DNA of 40,338 nucleotides from a virus: IMG/VR virus record IMGVR_UViG_3300030438_000023, positions 1 to 40,338 of that record; one strand, 5' to 3'. Shown piece by piece: positions 13,815 to 21,295 of this stretch (position 1 is its first letter; each line of letters starts with the position of its first letter). The notes under the pieces were generated by a model. It saw only the letters and a program-made list of their open reading frames with translations, ran no database searches and was not told where the DNA came from. The position numbers and the translations under genes were made by a program.

Positions 13815-16275
13815 CCTCGGCCACAAGCTGACCGACAAGGAGCTTGCAAAGCTGGAACGGCGCATTGCGAAGCTATACCGCGAGGCGGGGGAAGAACTGC
13901 AAGCTACCATCGACGCATATTTTGAGCAATTCAAAAAGCGAGACGAGGAAATGAAAGCACTGATCGGCACTGTGCAGAACGGTAAGGAATGGACGGAGGC
14001 CGACTATAAGCAATGGCGGCTGAACCAGATCGGGCGCGGAGAACGCTATAAGGCCATGCGTGACAAGGTGGCACACCGCGTGACCGACGCAAACGCCGTG
14101 GCGGTGTCCTACACCAACGATGCCACGCCTGGTATATACTCCCTTAACCGCAACTATTCGGCCTATACCATCGAACAGGTCGCAGGCAACGTCGGCTTTG
14201 ACCTTTGGGACGAGCAGACGGTCAAGCGGCTCATGTTAGAGCAGCCGGATTTAATGCCATATTACCCGCCGAAGCGAGCATTAAAGCGTGGCATTGACCT
14301 CGAGTATGGCAAAAAGCAAATTACCAAGAGTGTCACCAGCTCCATCTTGCAGGGAAAGAGCATTAAGCACATGGCGGACGACCTGCAAAAGCGCATTACC
14401 ACCATGAGCCGTGATTCTGCCATCCGCACCGCCAGAACCGCCGTGACCGGCGCGCAGAACGCCGGACGCATGGACAGCTATGCGGCGGCGCAGAAGATGG
14501 GCATTAAGCTCAAAAAAGAATGGTTGGCCACGCTGGACGCACGGACACGCCACTCTCATGCCATGCTTGACGGCGAGCAAGTGGCGCAAGACAAGAAATT
14601 TTCTAACGGTTGTCGTTTTCCCGGCGACCCACAAGGGCCACCGTGGGAGATATACAACTGCTTCGTCGGCGAAACGCAAATAGCTTCCGACGGAGAAATC
14701 GTCAGAAGCTATAAACACGAGTATGATGGAGAATTATTTGAAGTCGAAACTGCCGGCGGCGTAAATTTCGCCTGTACACCGAACCACCCAGTATTGACAT
14801 CGAGAGGATGGGTTGCTGCGGCACTCCTTAACGAGGGCGACAACTTGCTCATAGCAAACATCGGAAACAGTATGCTTCCGGGGGGGAATCCAGACATAAA
14901 TCATGTTTTTCCCCGCATGGACGCATTCCACGAGTTTTTTGATGTAACGTTTGGACAGCGGATTAGCACATTGCGTGTGAATTTCCACGGCGACATTCCC
15001 GCATCCGATGTCGAAGTTGTAACTCATAAAAGGCTCTTGAGGAACTACCGGAATGCCAGCGGAAGAAAGTGCATCTATAAAATCTTGCTCAAAATCGCCA
15101 ATGAATCGTTTATGGGCAAGAGCGCGGCGGTGAAGCATCTCTGGCGTGTTTGCAAGTCCACGCTTAGCGTCATTCGCGGCAGACGCAAGGCGCTTCCTTT
15201 CGCTTTCCGATGTTTGGGACATACGGGTGTACATGGATTCGGAGCGGTTCCGAATGTGGACACCGGCGTGATTGAGCCGACAATAAATGACCTGACGGCT
15301 AACCCCATTCTCTTCCGCGAGTTTCTTGATGGATTTCCCTGCGAGGTATTCCCTGACAATATCATCAGGATTAACAGAATTGTTGCGAAATGCCATGTTT
15401 ATAACCTCCAAACGACCACTGGCCATTATTTTGTTAATACAAGTATACCACAAAGCAAAGGAAAGTGCAATGGCAATTTTGCAATCGTTCACAACTGCCG
15501 CTGTACGCTGATTGCCGCCGTGGAGGGTGTAGATACCTCTACTGCGCAGAGACGCGCCAGAAACGCCGATACAGGGCAAACAGAGGTTATTTCGAATATG
15601 ACCTATGCAGAATGGGCGGGGTGGAAGAAAGCGGAAGCGAAAAAGGGAAATAAAACCTTTAATACAGTCAAAGAGGCTGAGGCGTGGATACATGACCAAG
15701 GTATTGATTTTGTCATACTTAATGGGGCCGATGCCAAAACAGCAAGTACAATCGCTAATGCGGTAAACACGCTCCCGCCGGGGATAACCCCTAAAGCCAT
15801 TACGGATTTGACAAGTTTCAAAAAAGGATTTGGGGGAAAATTGCAACGGAAAGACGCTCAAATTTACGGTGTTACGCTTGATAACCTCTGGGGGATAAAT
15901 TTCGGAGATGGCATGAGGGATTATGACGGCGGCGTTATGGTTGGGTTTAACTTCCGAAATTACAAAAATGCTACCGCTATTGCGAAATCAAAAGAAGATA
16001 CAAATAAGCGGTATATGGAAAAAACAGGGCATATGTGGCACTTTAATTTGAGCGGAGAAGCTACATATTACCACGAAATAGGACACGCATATGCGGAACT
16101 AAAGCGTGAATTGCCAACGGGATTCCATGAGGCGGTGCAAAAGTGGTACAAAGAAAGCCAATGCGATATTTTGCAAAAGGATAGCGAAGCATGGGCGGAA
16201 GCGTGGGCGGCATATCACCTTGGGGATAGTAGACTACCAGATTATATAGCTGAATTTATAAAGGGGGTATATTGA
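13801..16275 (+). CDS. MuF / SPP1 gp7-like head morphogenesis protein, intein-interrupted, with C-terminal HExxH metallopeptidase-like domain
   Basis: MuF motifs RTARTAVTGAQNAGR...W.ATLDARTRHSHAMLDG. The conserved NCRC motif is split as ..EIYN|C(intein)HN|CRCT. HEIGH lies at 16072-16086, followed by SEAWAEAWAAYH. The spliced product would be about 545 aa. Confidence 0.85.
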   Translation: MANSDLGHKLTDKELAKLERRIAKLYREAGEELQATIDAYFEQFKKRDEEMKALIGTVQNGKEWTEADYKQWRLNQIGRGERYKAMRDKVAHRVTDANAVAVSYTNDATPGIYSLNRNYSAYTIEQVAGNVGFDLWDEQTVKRLMLEQPDLMPYYPPKRALKRGIDLEYGKKQITKSVTSSILQGKSIKHMADDLQKRITTMSRDSAIRTARTAVTGAQNAGRMDSYAAAQKMGIKLKKEWLATLDARTRHSHAMLDGEQVAQDKKFSNGCRFPGDPQGPPWEIYNCFVGETQIASDGEIVRSYKHEYDGELFEVETAGGVNFACTPNHPVLTSRGWVAAALLNEGDNLLIANIGNSMLPGGNPDINHVFPRMDAFHEFFDVTFGQRISTLRVNFHGDIPASDVEVVTHKRLLRNYRNASGRKCIYKILLKIANESFMGKSAAVKHLWRVCKSTLSVIRGRRKALPFAFRCLGHTGVHGFGAVPNVDTGVIEPTINDLTANPILFREFLDGFPCEVFPDNIIRINRIVAKCHVYNLQTTTGHYFVNTSIPQSKGKCNGNFAIVHNCRCTLIAAVEGVDTSTAQRRARNADTGQTEVISNMTYAEWAGWKKAEAKKGNKTFNTVKEAEAWIHDQGIDFVILNGADAKTASTIANAVNTLPPGITPKAITDLTSFKKGFGGKLQRKDAQIYGVTLDNLWGINFGDGMRDYDGGVMVGFNFRNYKNATAIAKSKEDTNKRYMEKTGHMWHFNLSGEATYYHEIGHAYAELKRELPTGFHEAVQKWYKESQCDILQKDSEAWAEAWAAYHLGDSRLPDYIAEFIKGVY
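14659..15495 (+). mobile_element. intein (279 codons, Cys1 / His-Asn / Cys+1)
   Basis: Block A CFVGETQIASDG, block B GVNFACTPNHPVLT, block F VYNLQTTTGHYFVN, block G FAIVHN followed by Cys. Removing it restores the MuF NCRC motif. GC falls to roughly 40-50% by eye. Confidence 0.85.
14734..15396 (-). CDS. antisense-encoded HTH + PD-(D/E)xK/Vsr-like nuclease (putative homing endonuclease) nested inside the intein
   Basis: ATG 15396 lies 8 nt after GGAGG (15409-15405). 220 aa. The N-terminus has an HTH (VREYLAGKSIKKLAEENGVSRQVIYCRL). The C-terminus (QEPFMSYNFDIGCGNVAVEIHTQ...GKNMIYVW) resembles DUF559/Vsr-type nucleases. The sequence looks protein-like, unlike the sense translation of the same DNA. 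Confidence 0.7.
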   Translation of the reverse strand: MAFRNNSVNPDDIVREYLAGKSIKKLAEENGVSRQVIYCRLNHAGVHIRNRSESMYTRMSQTSESERKRLASAANDAKRGLANTPEMLHRRALAHKRFIGDFEQDFIDALSSAGIPVVPQEPFMSYNFDIGCGNVAVEIHTQCANPLSKRYIKKLVECVHAGKNMIYVWIPPRKHTVSDVCYEQVVALVKECRSNPSSRCQYWVVRCTGEIYAAGSFDFK

Positions 16276-16433
16276 TGCAATGTATTCCGCTCTGCCTTGA
16301 TTGCAAAAACTGGGGAGCGAATGATGAATGCCCATATTACACCCCAATCCCACCCGAAATTAAATTGAGAGAACAACTATGCAAGCACTATACGGGCGGG
16401 GGATATACCGTGTTTTCTGAGGAGAAAAAATGA
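16275..16433 (+). CDS. small Cys-rich protein (52 aa)
   Basis: TGATG and ATGA coupling at both ends fills the gap exactly. MQCIPLCLDCKNWGANDECPYY.. . Low GC, like the preceding MuF C-terminal domain. Confidence 0.45.
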   Translation: MQCIPLCLDCKNWGANDECPYYTPIPPEIKLREQLCKHYTGGGYTVFSEEKK

Positions 16434-16843
16434 GCGTTACAATCGAAGACCACAGTGCGGAGGTTTCCGCTGAGATCAAAGCGGCGATTCTTCGCGGGCT
16501 TGAAAAATGCGGGCTGGTGGCAGAGGGATATGCGAAAAAGCTGTGTGACGGATTTAAAAATCCGACAGGCATCCTGCGCAACAGCATTACCCATGTGGTA
16601 GACGACGGCGAGCCCGCGGCGTACATCGGCACGGATTCCGAGCACGGCGAGTACGTTGAATTAGGTACCGGCATTTATGCCGAGGGAGGCGGAGGACGGC
16701 CTACGCCGTGGGTGTATCAGGATGAAAAAGGCAACTGGCACTACACGCGAGGCAACAAGGCACAGCCATTTTTGAAACCCGCTGCCGCCGACCATGCGGG
16801 ACAGTACCGGGACATTCTGGAAAGCGAGCTGAAAAATGGATAG
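16430..16843 (+). CDS. HK97 gp10-family protein (head-tail joining / tail completion type)
   Basis: Pattern ..YVELGTG......PFLKPA...H...Y, as I recall for the HK97 gp10 family. Confidence 0.5.
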   Translation: MSVTIEDHSAEVSAEIKAAILRGLEKCGLVAEGYAKKLCDGFKNPTGILRNSITHVVDDGEPAAYIGTDSEHGEYVELGTGIYAEGGGGRPTPWVYQDEKGNWHYTRGNKAQPFLKPAAADHAGQYRDILESELKNG

Positions 16844-16967
16844 TGAGACCATCAAGGCCATTGAAGCCATTATTAAGCGCGGCAACGATGCTGAAATTCG
16901 CCGCAAAGGCGATGGGTACATCGTTTTAGAGGTTAAGAAAACAATCAAATACACAGCTTCCGCGTAA
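16836..16967 (+). CDS. small hypothetical protein (43 aa)
   Basis: ATG 16836 overlaps the upstream gene by 8 nt and is followed by a strong terminator. Below the ORF-track cutoff. Confidence 0.35.
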   Translation: MDSETIKAIEAIIKRGNDAEIRRKGDGYIVLEVKKTIKYTASA

Positions 16968-16990
16968 TAGGGCGCGGGAAAGGGCAATAG

Positions 16991-17034
16991 GAGCCAACTA
17001 CCGAGTTTTTCTCGGTGGTTGGCTCTTTTGTTTT
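16991..17034 (+). terminator. rho-independent terminator inside the structural module
   Basis: 15-bp stem GAGCCAACTACCGAG/CTCGGTGGTTGGCTC (one G.U pair), TTTTT loop, then TTTTGTTTT. Confidence 0.8.
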
Positions 17035-17117
17035 AGGTAAAACCCGCGAGGTACAGCGGTTTTTATACAACGTTCGCCCCCGAAGAATTGGGGCCAAGGA
17101 AAAGGAGAACGAATAAC

Positions 17118-17735
17118 ATGGCGAAATTTACGAGAGCGGAAATTAGAAATATTCTCGGCGAGGCTTGCACCGAAGAGATCGAAAATCGCTTGGTTGCGTT
17201 GCATTTGGGCGTGGTTGACCCCCTCAAGGATGATCTCACAAAGTACAAGGCGGACGCGGAGAAGCTACCCAGCGTCCAGAAGCAGTTGGACGACCTCAAG
17301 GCAGCAGGCGATGGCGGTTACAAGGAGAAGTACGAGAAGGAACACTCGGCCTTTGAAGCCTTTAAGACCGACATCACGGCAAAGGAGAGCAAGGCGGCAA
17401 AGGAAAAGGCCGTGCGTGCTTACTTTGAGAGCAAAAACATCACCGGCGCGAATCTCGACCTTGCCATGCGCGGCTGCGGCGAGGAAATGGCCGCATTGGA
17501 GCTGGACGGCGAGAAGATCAAGGACACCAAGGCCCTTGATGCACTCGTAGACGGCACTTACAAGGGGCTTGTCTCCACCACGCAGACGCACGGTGCGAAT
17601 CCCGCTACTCCCCCGGCGAATACCGGCGGCGGCGCAATGACCAAAGACCAGATCATGCAGATCAAAGACAGGTCGGAGCGCCGCGCGGCGATTGCTGCAA
17701 ACATCAATCTTTTTGAAAATAAGAACGGAGGCTAA
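17118..17735 (+). CDS. capsid scaffolding protein
   Basis: ATG follows AAGGAAAAGGAG. Highly charged coiled-coil protein (205 aa) lying immediately upstream of the major capsid gene. Confidence 0.7.
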   Translation: MAKFTRAEIRNILGEACTEEIENRLVALHLGVVDPLKDDLTKYKADAEKLPSVQKQLDDLKAAGDGGYKEKYEKEHSAFEAFKTDITAKESKAAKEKAVRAYFESKNITGANLDLAMRGCGEEMAALELDGEKIKDTKALDALVDGTYKGLVSTTQTHGANPATPPANTGGGAMTKDQIMQIKDRSERRAAIAANINLFENKNGG

Positions 17736-17737
17736 TT

Positions 17738-18880
17738 ATGGCTGCTGAAACCAATCTGATCAAGAAAAATGACCTCGCCCGCGTGCGCGAGATCGAATTT
17801 ACCGAAATGTTCGGTTACTCCATCAAGAAGCTGATGGAGGCCCTGGGCGTGACCCGCAAGATCGCCAAGCAGGCCGGCACTGTGCTTAAGAGCTACAAGG
17901 CGACCGGCACGCTCGAAAGCGGCGTTGTGGCCGAGGGTGACACCATCCCCCTTTCCCACTACAAGACCGAGGCCGTGAACTACAAGGAGATCACGCTCAA
18001 GAAGTGGCGCAAGGCCACCTCTGCCGAGGCGATCACCGACCGCGGCTACGATCAGGCGGTGGAAATGACCACCGACGAAATGCTCAAGGACGTGCAGAAG
18101 GGCATCCGCAAGAGCTTCTTTGACTTCCTCTCGACCGGCACCGGCGCGGTGAGCGGCAAGGACTTCCAGACTGTCCTTGCGCAGGCGTGGGGCAATCTGC
18201 AGGTCCTTTTCGAGGATGACGAGATCGGCGCGGTCTACTTCATGAATCCGCTGGACGTTGCGGATTACCTGTCTACGGCCAACATCACCGTGCAGACCGC
18301 GTTCGGCATGAGCTACGTCGAGAACTTCCTCGGCCTCGGCACGCTCATCATGAACGCCAGCGTCCCCAAGGGCAAGATTTACGCCACGGCAAAGGACAAC
18401 ATCGTCCTCTACTACATCCCCGTCAATGGCGCGGATTTGCAGGAGGTCTTCACCTTTACCACCGACGCGACCGGCTACATCGGCATCCATGAGGAGCCTG
18501 ATTACACCAACATGACCGCATCGGACACCGTCATTAACGGCATGGAGCTGTTTGCTGAGCGCATTGACGGCGTTGTCGTTGGCACCATCGACAACGGCGC
18601 GCTTGGCGCTTTGACGGTCACCTCTGCCTCTGGCTCCAAGAGCGGCGATACCAAGCTGACCGTGTCTCCGGCAAAGGCTGCTGCGGGCAACAAGTATAAG
18701 TACACGTCCGGCGCCTCTGCCGCAACCGTCGCTTACGGCGACAACGTCGCCGGTTGGAACGATTGGGACGGCAAGAGCGACCTGACCATTGCGACCGGCC
18801 AGAAGGTGACCGTTGTTGAGTGCGACGGCAACTATCATGCGCTCAAGTCCGGCAGCGCTGACGTAACGGCAAAAACCTGA
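17738..18880 (+). CDS. major capsid protein (HK97-fold type) with C-terminal Ig-like extension
   Basis: 380 aa, follows the scaffold gene. The C-terminal ~90 aa (TVTSASGSKSGDTKLTVSP...VTVVECD) look like an Ig/Big_2-type decoration domain. Confidence 0.8.
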   Translation: MAAETNLIKKNDLARVREIEFTEMFGYSIKKLMEALGVTRKIAKQAGTVLKSYKATGTLESGVVAEGDTIPLSHYKTEAVNYKEITLKKWRKATSAEAITDRGYDQAVEMTTDEMLKDVQKGIRKSFFDFLSTGTGAVSGKDFQTVLAQAWGNLQVLFEDDEIGAVYFMNPLDVADYLSTANITVQTAFGMSYVENFLGLGTLIMNASVPKGKIYATAKDNIVLYYIPVNGADLQEVFTFTTDATGYIGIHEEPDYTNMTASDTVINGMELFAERIDGVVVGTIDNGALGALTVTSASGSKSGDTKLTVSPAKAAAGNKYKYTSGASAATVAYGDNVAGWNDWDGKSDLTIATGQKVTVVECDGNYHALKSGSADVTAKT

Positions 18881-18895
18881 TAGGAGGGCGGCGTA

Positions 18896-19327
18896 ATGCT
18901 TGAGCAAGTCTTACGGCACTTGAACAACTGGTTCCTTGTGGAGATTCACGAGGGCACGTTCACCGTGGAGAATGGCAGCATTACGCTGCCCTTTCTCCAG
19001 AACGGACAGTATTTCCGCATCTGCGGCTCCGTGTTCAACGACGGGCTACACCAATACCCCGTGATCGACCTGACAGATGAAACCTTTACAGGGACGGTGT
19101 GGGCGCTTGCGGTGCCGAAGGCGGTCGTGACGCTTTCCACCGAAATTGCCGCGTGGGAAGAAAAGAACGGGGAGGCCGTTGCAAGCCCGTATCAAAGCGA
19201 GAGCTTCGGGGGCTACTCCTACACCAAACGCAGCGCGGGAAACGACAGCGGCGCGTTAAACGGCTGGCAGGACGCTTTTAGAAGTCGGTTAAACGACTGG
19301 CGAAAGCTCAAGGGGGTGGAACCGTGA
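18896..19327 (+). CDS. head-tail connector / adaptor protein (putative)
   Basis: 143 aa. Assigned by position as the first gene after the capsid gene. No strong motif. Confidence 0.45.
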   Translation: MLEQVLRHLNNWFLVEIHEGTFTVENGSITLPFLQNGQYFRICGSVFNDGLHQYPVIDLTDETFTGTVWALAVPKAVVTLSTEIAAWEEKNGEAVASPYQSESFGGYSYTKRSAGNDSGALNGWQDAFRSRLNDWRKLKGVEP

Positions 19328-19683
19328 GTTTACTCGACGATTTCGCAAGCAAATGCGTGCTGATGGAAAAGACGCGAACGCCGGACGGCGCAGGCGGCTA
19401 CATCGTTGCGTGGGCCGAGGGCGCGGAATTTCTCAACTATCAGGCGCTTGACACTTCGATGGAGGCCCGCAGAGCCGAAAAAGAGGGCGTAACCTCGGTG
19501 TATTCCGCGCTGGTCAACAAGACCGTTCCCATCGAGTACAACGACTATTTTCGCGACACATCCACCGGCAACACCTACCGCGTGACATCAAACCCGGAAG
19601 AACGGGCTGCGCCGCGGTCGGCAGGCCCGACGGTCCGGGCGCTGAAATTCTTCACCGCGGAGCGAAAGGAGCTGCCAAAATGA
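19324..19683 (+). CDS. head closure protein (putative, SPP1 gp16-like position)
   Basis: GTG start coupled to the upstream stop. 119 aa. Position-based call. Confidence 0.45.
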   Translation: MSLLDDFASKCVLMEKTRTPDGAGGYIVAWAEGAEFLNYQALDTSMEARRAEKEGVTSVYSALVNKTVPIEYNDYFRDTSTGNTYRVTSNPEERAAPRSAGPTVRALKFFTAERKELPK

Positions 19684-20048
19684 CAAAGGATAAGGCGCTC
19701 CATGCGTGGTTTTCTCAATTTCTCTTCGCATACCCAACCTCCAACGTGCCGGAAGATGCGGTGTTTCCGTGGCTGACCTATGAGCTTATCACGGGATCAT
19801 GGGAAAGCGGCGAAATCGCGCTGACGGTCAGCCTTTGGTATTACACCGAGAGCGAAGCGATGCCCAACGCAAAGGCACAAGAAATCAGCGACGCAATCGG
19901 CATGGGCGGCTGTATGGTCGCCTATGACGGCGGAGCAATGTGGATCAAGCGTGGCTCCCCGTGGTGCCAAAACATCGCGGACGAAAGCGATAAAAACATC
20001 AAGCGGCGGTATCTCAACATCACGGTTGAGTTCCTGTCGCAAAACTGA
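19680..20048 (+). CDS. tail completion / terminator protein (putative)
   Basis: ATGA-coupled start. 122 aa. Lies immediately before the major tail gene. Confidence 0.4.
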   Translation: MTKDKALHAWFSQFLFAYPTSNVPEDAVFPWLTYELITGSWESGEIALTVSLWYYTESEAMPNAKAQEISDAIGMGGCMVAYDGGAMWIKRGSPWCQNIADESDKNIKRRYLNITVEFLSQN

Positions 20049-20063
20049 TGAAAGGACAACGAC

Positions 20064-20651
20064 ATGAAATTTACCAAGATTCCTTCTGATGCGTTTCAGA
20101 AGCTCCAGATCAACGCCGGCATCCTGACGACCGACTTCACACCTGCGACCGGCACCATCGGCGAGGCGGGGCAGATCGGCGCAACGACCGGCGGCGTCAA
20201 TTTTACCGCTACGCCGACCTATTCGGACTTCGGCGAGGATATCGACAACTGCCCGAAGAACATGAAGGAGCTGAAAAAGCTCGATTCGTGGGAAGCAAAG
20301 ATGACCGGTACGTTTGTCAATGCCGATACCGCCATTGCAAAGCGGCTGTGCGGCGCGGCGGACATCGGGACGACCGACACGACCAAGGTCACACCACGCA
20401 ACGACCTCAAGGACGCGGACTTTGACGATATCTGGCTTGTAGGCGATTACTCCGACAAGAACGGCGAAACCAACGGCGGCTTTATCGCTATCAAGCTGCT
20501 CAACGCGCTTTCCACGGGCGGCTTCCAGCTCAAGACGGCGGACAAGTCCAAGGGTCAGTTTGCGTTCGAGTTTACCGGCCACTATTCCATGAGCGCGCAG
20601 GACACCGTTCCCTTTGAAATCTACATCAAGGCCGGCACGGCGGAGGCGTAA
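20064..20651 (+). CDS. major tail (tube) protein
   Basis: 195 aa. Lies upstream of the chaperone pair and tape measure gene. Tube-protein-like composition (T/G/D-rich, FxFxF strands). Confidence 0.7.
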   Translation: MKFTKIPSDAFQKLQINAGILTTDFTPATGTIGEAGQIGATTGGVNFTATPTYSDFGEDIDNCPKNMKELKKLDSWEAKMTGTFVNADTAIAKRLCGAADIGTTDTTKVTPRNDLKDADFDDIWLVGDYSDKNGETNGGFIAIKLLNALSTGGFQLKTADKSKGQFAFEFTGHYSMSAQDTVPFEIYIKAGTAEA

Positions 20652-21047
20652 ATGAGACTTTCCGACATTCAGGGCGAGCGCGTCTTTGACGTCATCGCGG
20701 ATATCATCGACCCGATTGCCAACATTGCGGAGGACGATGCGGCATCCGCGCTGTTCAAGCGCGAGAAGCTGCCGGAGGGCATGACAGCCAAAGAGTTTAT
20801 GACGCAGCGGGCGCGGAAAGCGCTCCCTGCGCTGCTCAAGGGCCACAAGGGCGACATCATCGCCATTCTTGCCTCTATTGAGGGCGTGAGCGCTGAGAGC
20901 TACAAGGGTGCGCTGAACCTCGTTAAGCTGATGCGCGATGCGACGGAACTTTTGACCGATGAAGCATTCGGCGCGCTTTTTCTCTCAGCGCAGAGCGGGA
21001 AATCCTCTGGCTCTGCGCAGGAGAATACCGAGGGCGAAAACAAGTAA
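20652..21047 (+). CDS. tail assembly chaperone (G-like)
   Basis: 131 aa, acidic. Lies between the tube gene and tape measure gene. Confidence 0.6.
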   Translation: MRLSDIQGERVFDVIADIIDPIANIAEDDAASALFKREKLPEGMTAKEFMTQRARKALPALLKGHKGDIIAILASIEGVSAESYKGALNLVKLMRDATELLTDEAFGALFLSAQSGKSSGSAQENTEGENK

Positions 21048-21067
21048 AGCCGTTCCTGCGGTACTGT

Positions 21068-21295
21068 GTGGCGCGGATCAATGAGAGAGCGAAAACCGAG
21101 GCGTACCGCATTTATGTGACGGACGCGCTGCGCGTGGTTGCGGAAAATACGGCCAGATTTGCGAGCGGGAACTACATCAAGGCGCGATACGCGGACATTA
21201 TTGAGCCGAAGAAGCAGGACAACAGAACGTGCGAAGAAATCACCGCCGACATTGTCGCGCGGTGCGGATTGGTGGTAAAACATGAATCTACTTGA
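21068..21295 (+). CDS. tail assembly chaperone extension (GT-like, probably reached by -1 frameshift)
   Basis: No SD precedes GTG 21068. This frame is the -1 frame relative to 20652..21047 and is open from 20963. It contains YRIYVTDAL.., typical of the T part in Firmicutes siphophages as I recall. Confidence 0.5.
   Translation: MARINERAKTEAYRIYVTDALRVVAENTARFASGNYIKARYADIIEPKKQDNRTCEEITADIVARCGLVVKHEST

Noticed and set aside
15397-15861. N-terminal 155-codon extension of the antisense ORF (track ORF 14734..15861)
   Set aside because: The extension overlaps the C-extein, reads as non-protein sequence (MSVFPLQFSPKSFFETCQ...), and has no SD. The internal ATG at 15396 has a GGAGG at ideal spacing and marks where protein-like sequence begins.
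17732-18907. 391-codon minus-strand ORF antisense to the major capsid gene
   Set aside because: It lies entirely within a well-supported + strand gene. Its product is Ala/Arg/Gly/Leu/Val-rich with no motifs, and it has no SD. This is the typical shadow ORF of GC-rich coding DNA. It contrasts with 14734..15396, which has an SD, protein-like sequence and lower GC.
19797-20846. 349-codon minus-strand ORF across the tail completion, tube and chaperone genes
   Set aside because: Same reasoning: a GC-driven antisense frame spanning several real genes, with an Arg/Leu/Ala-rich product and no start context.
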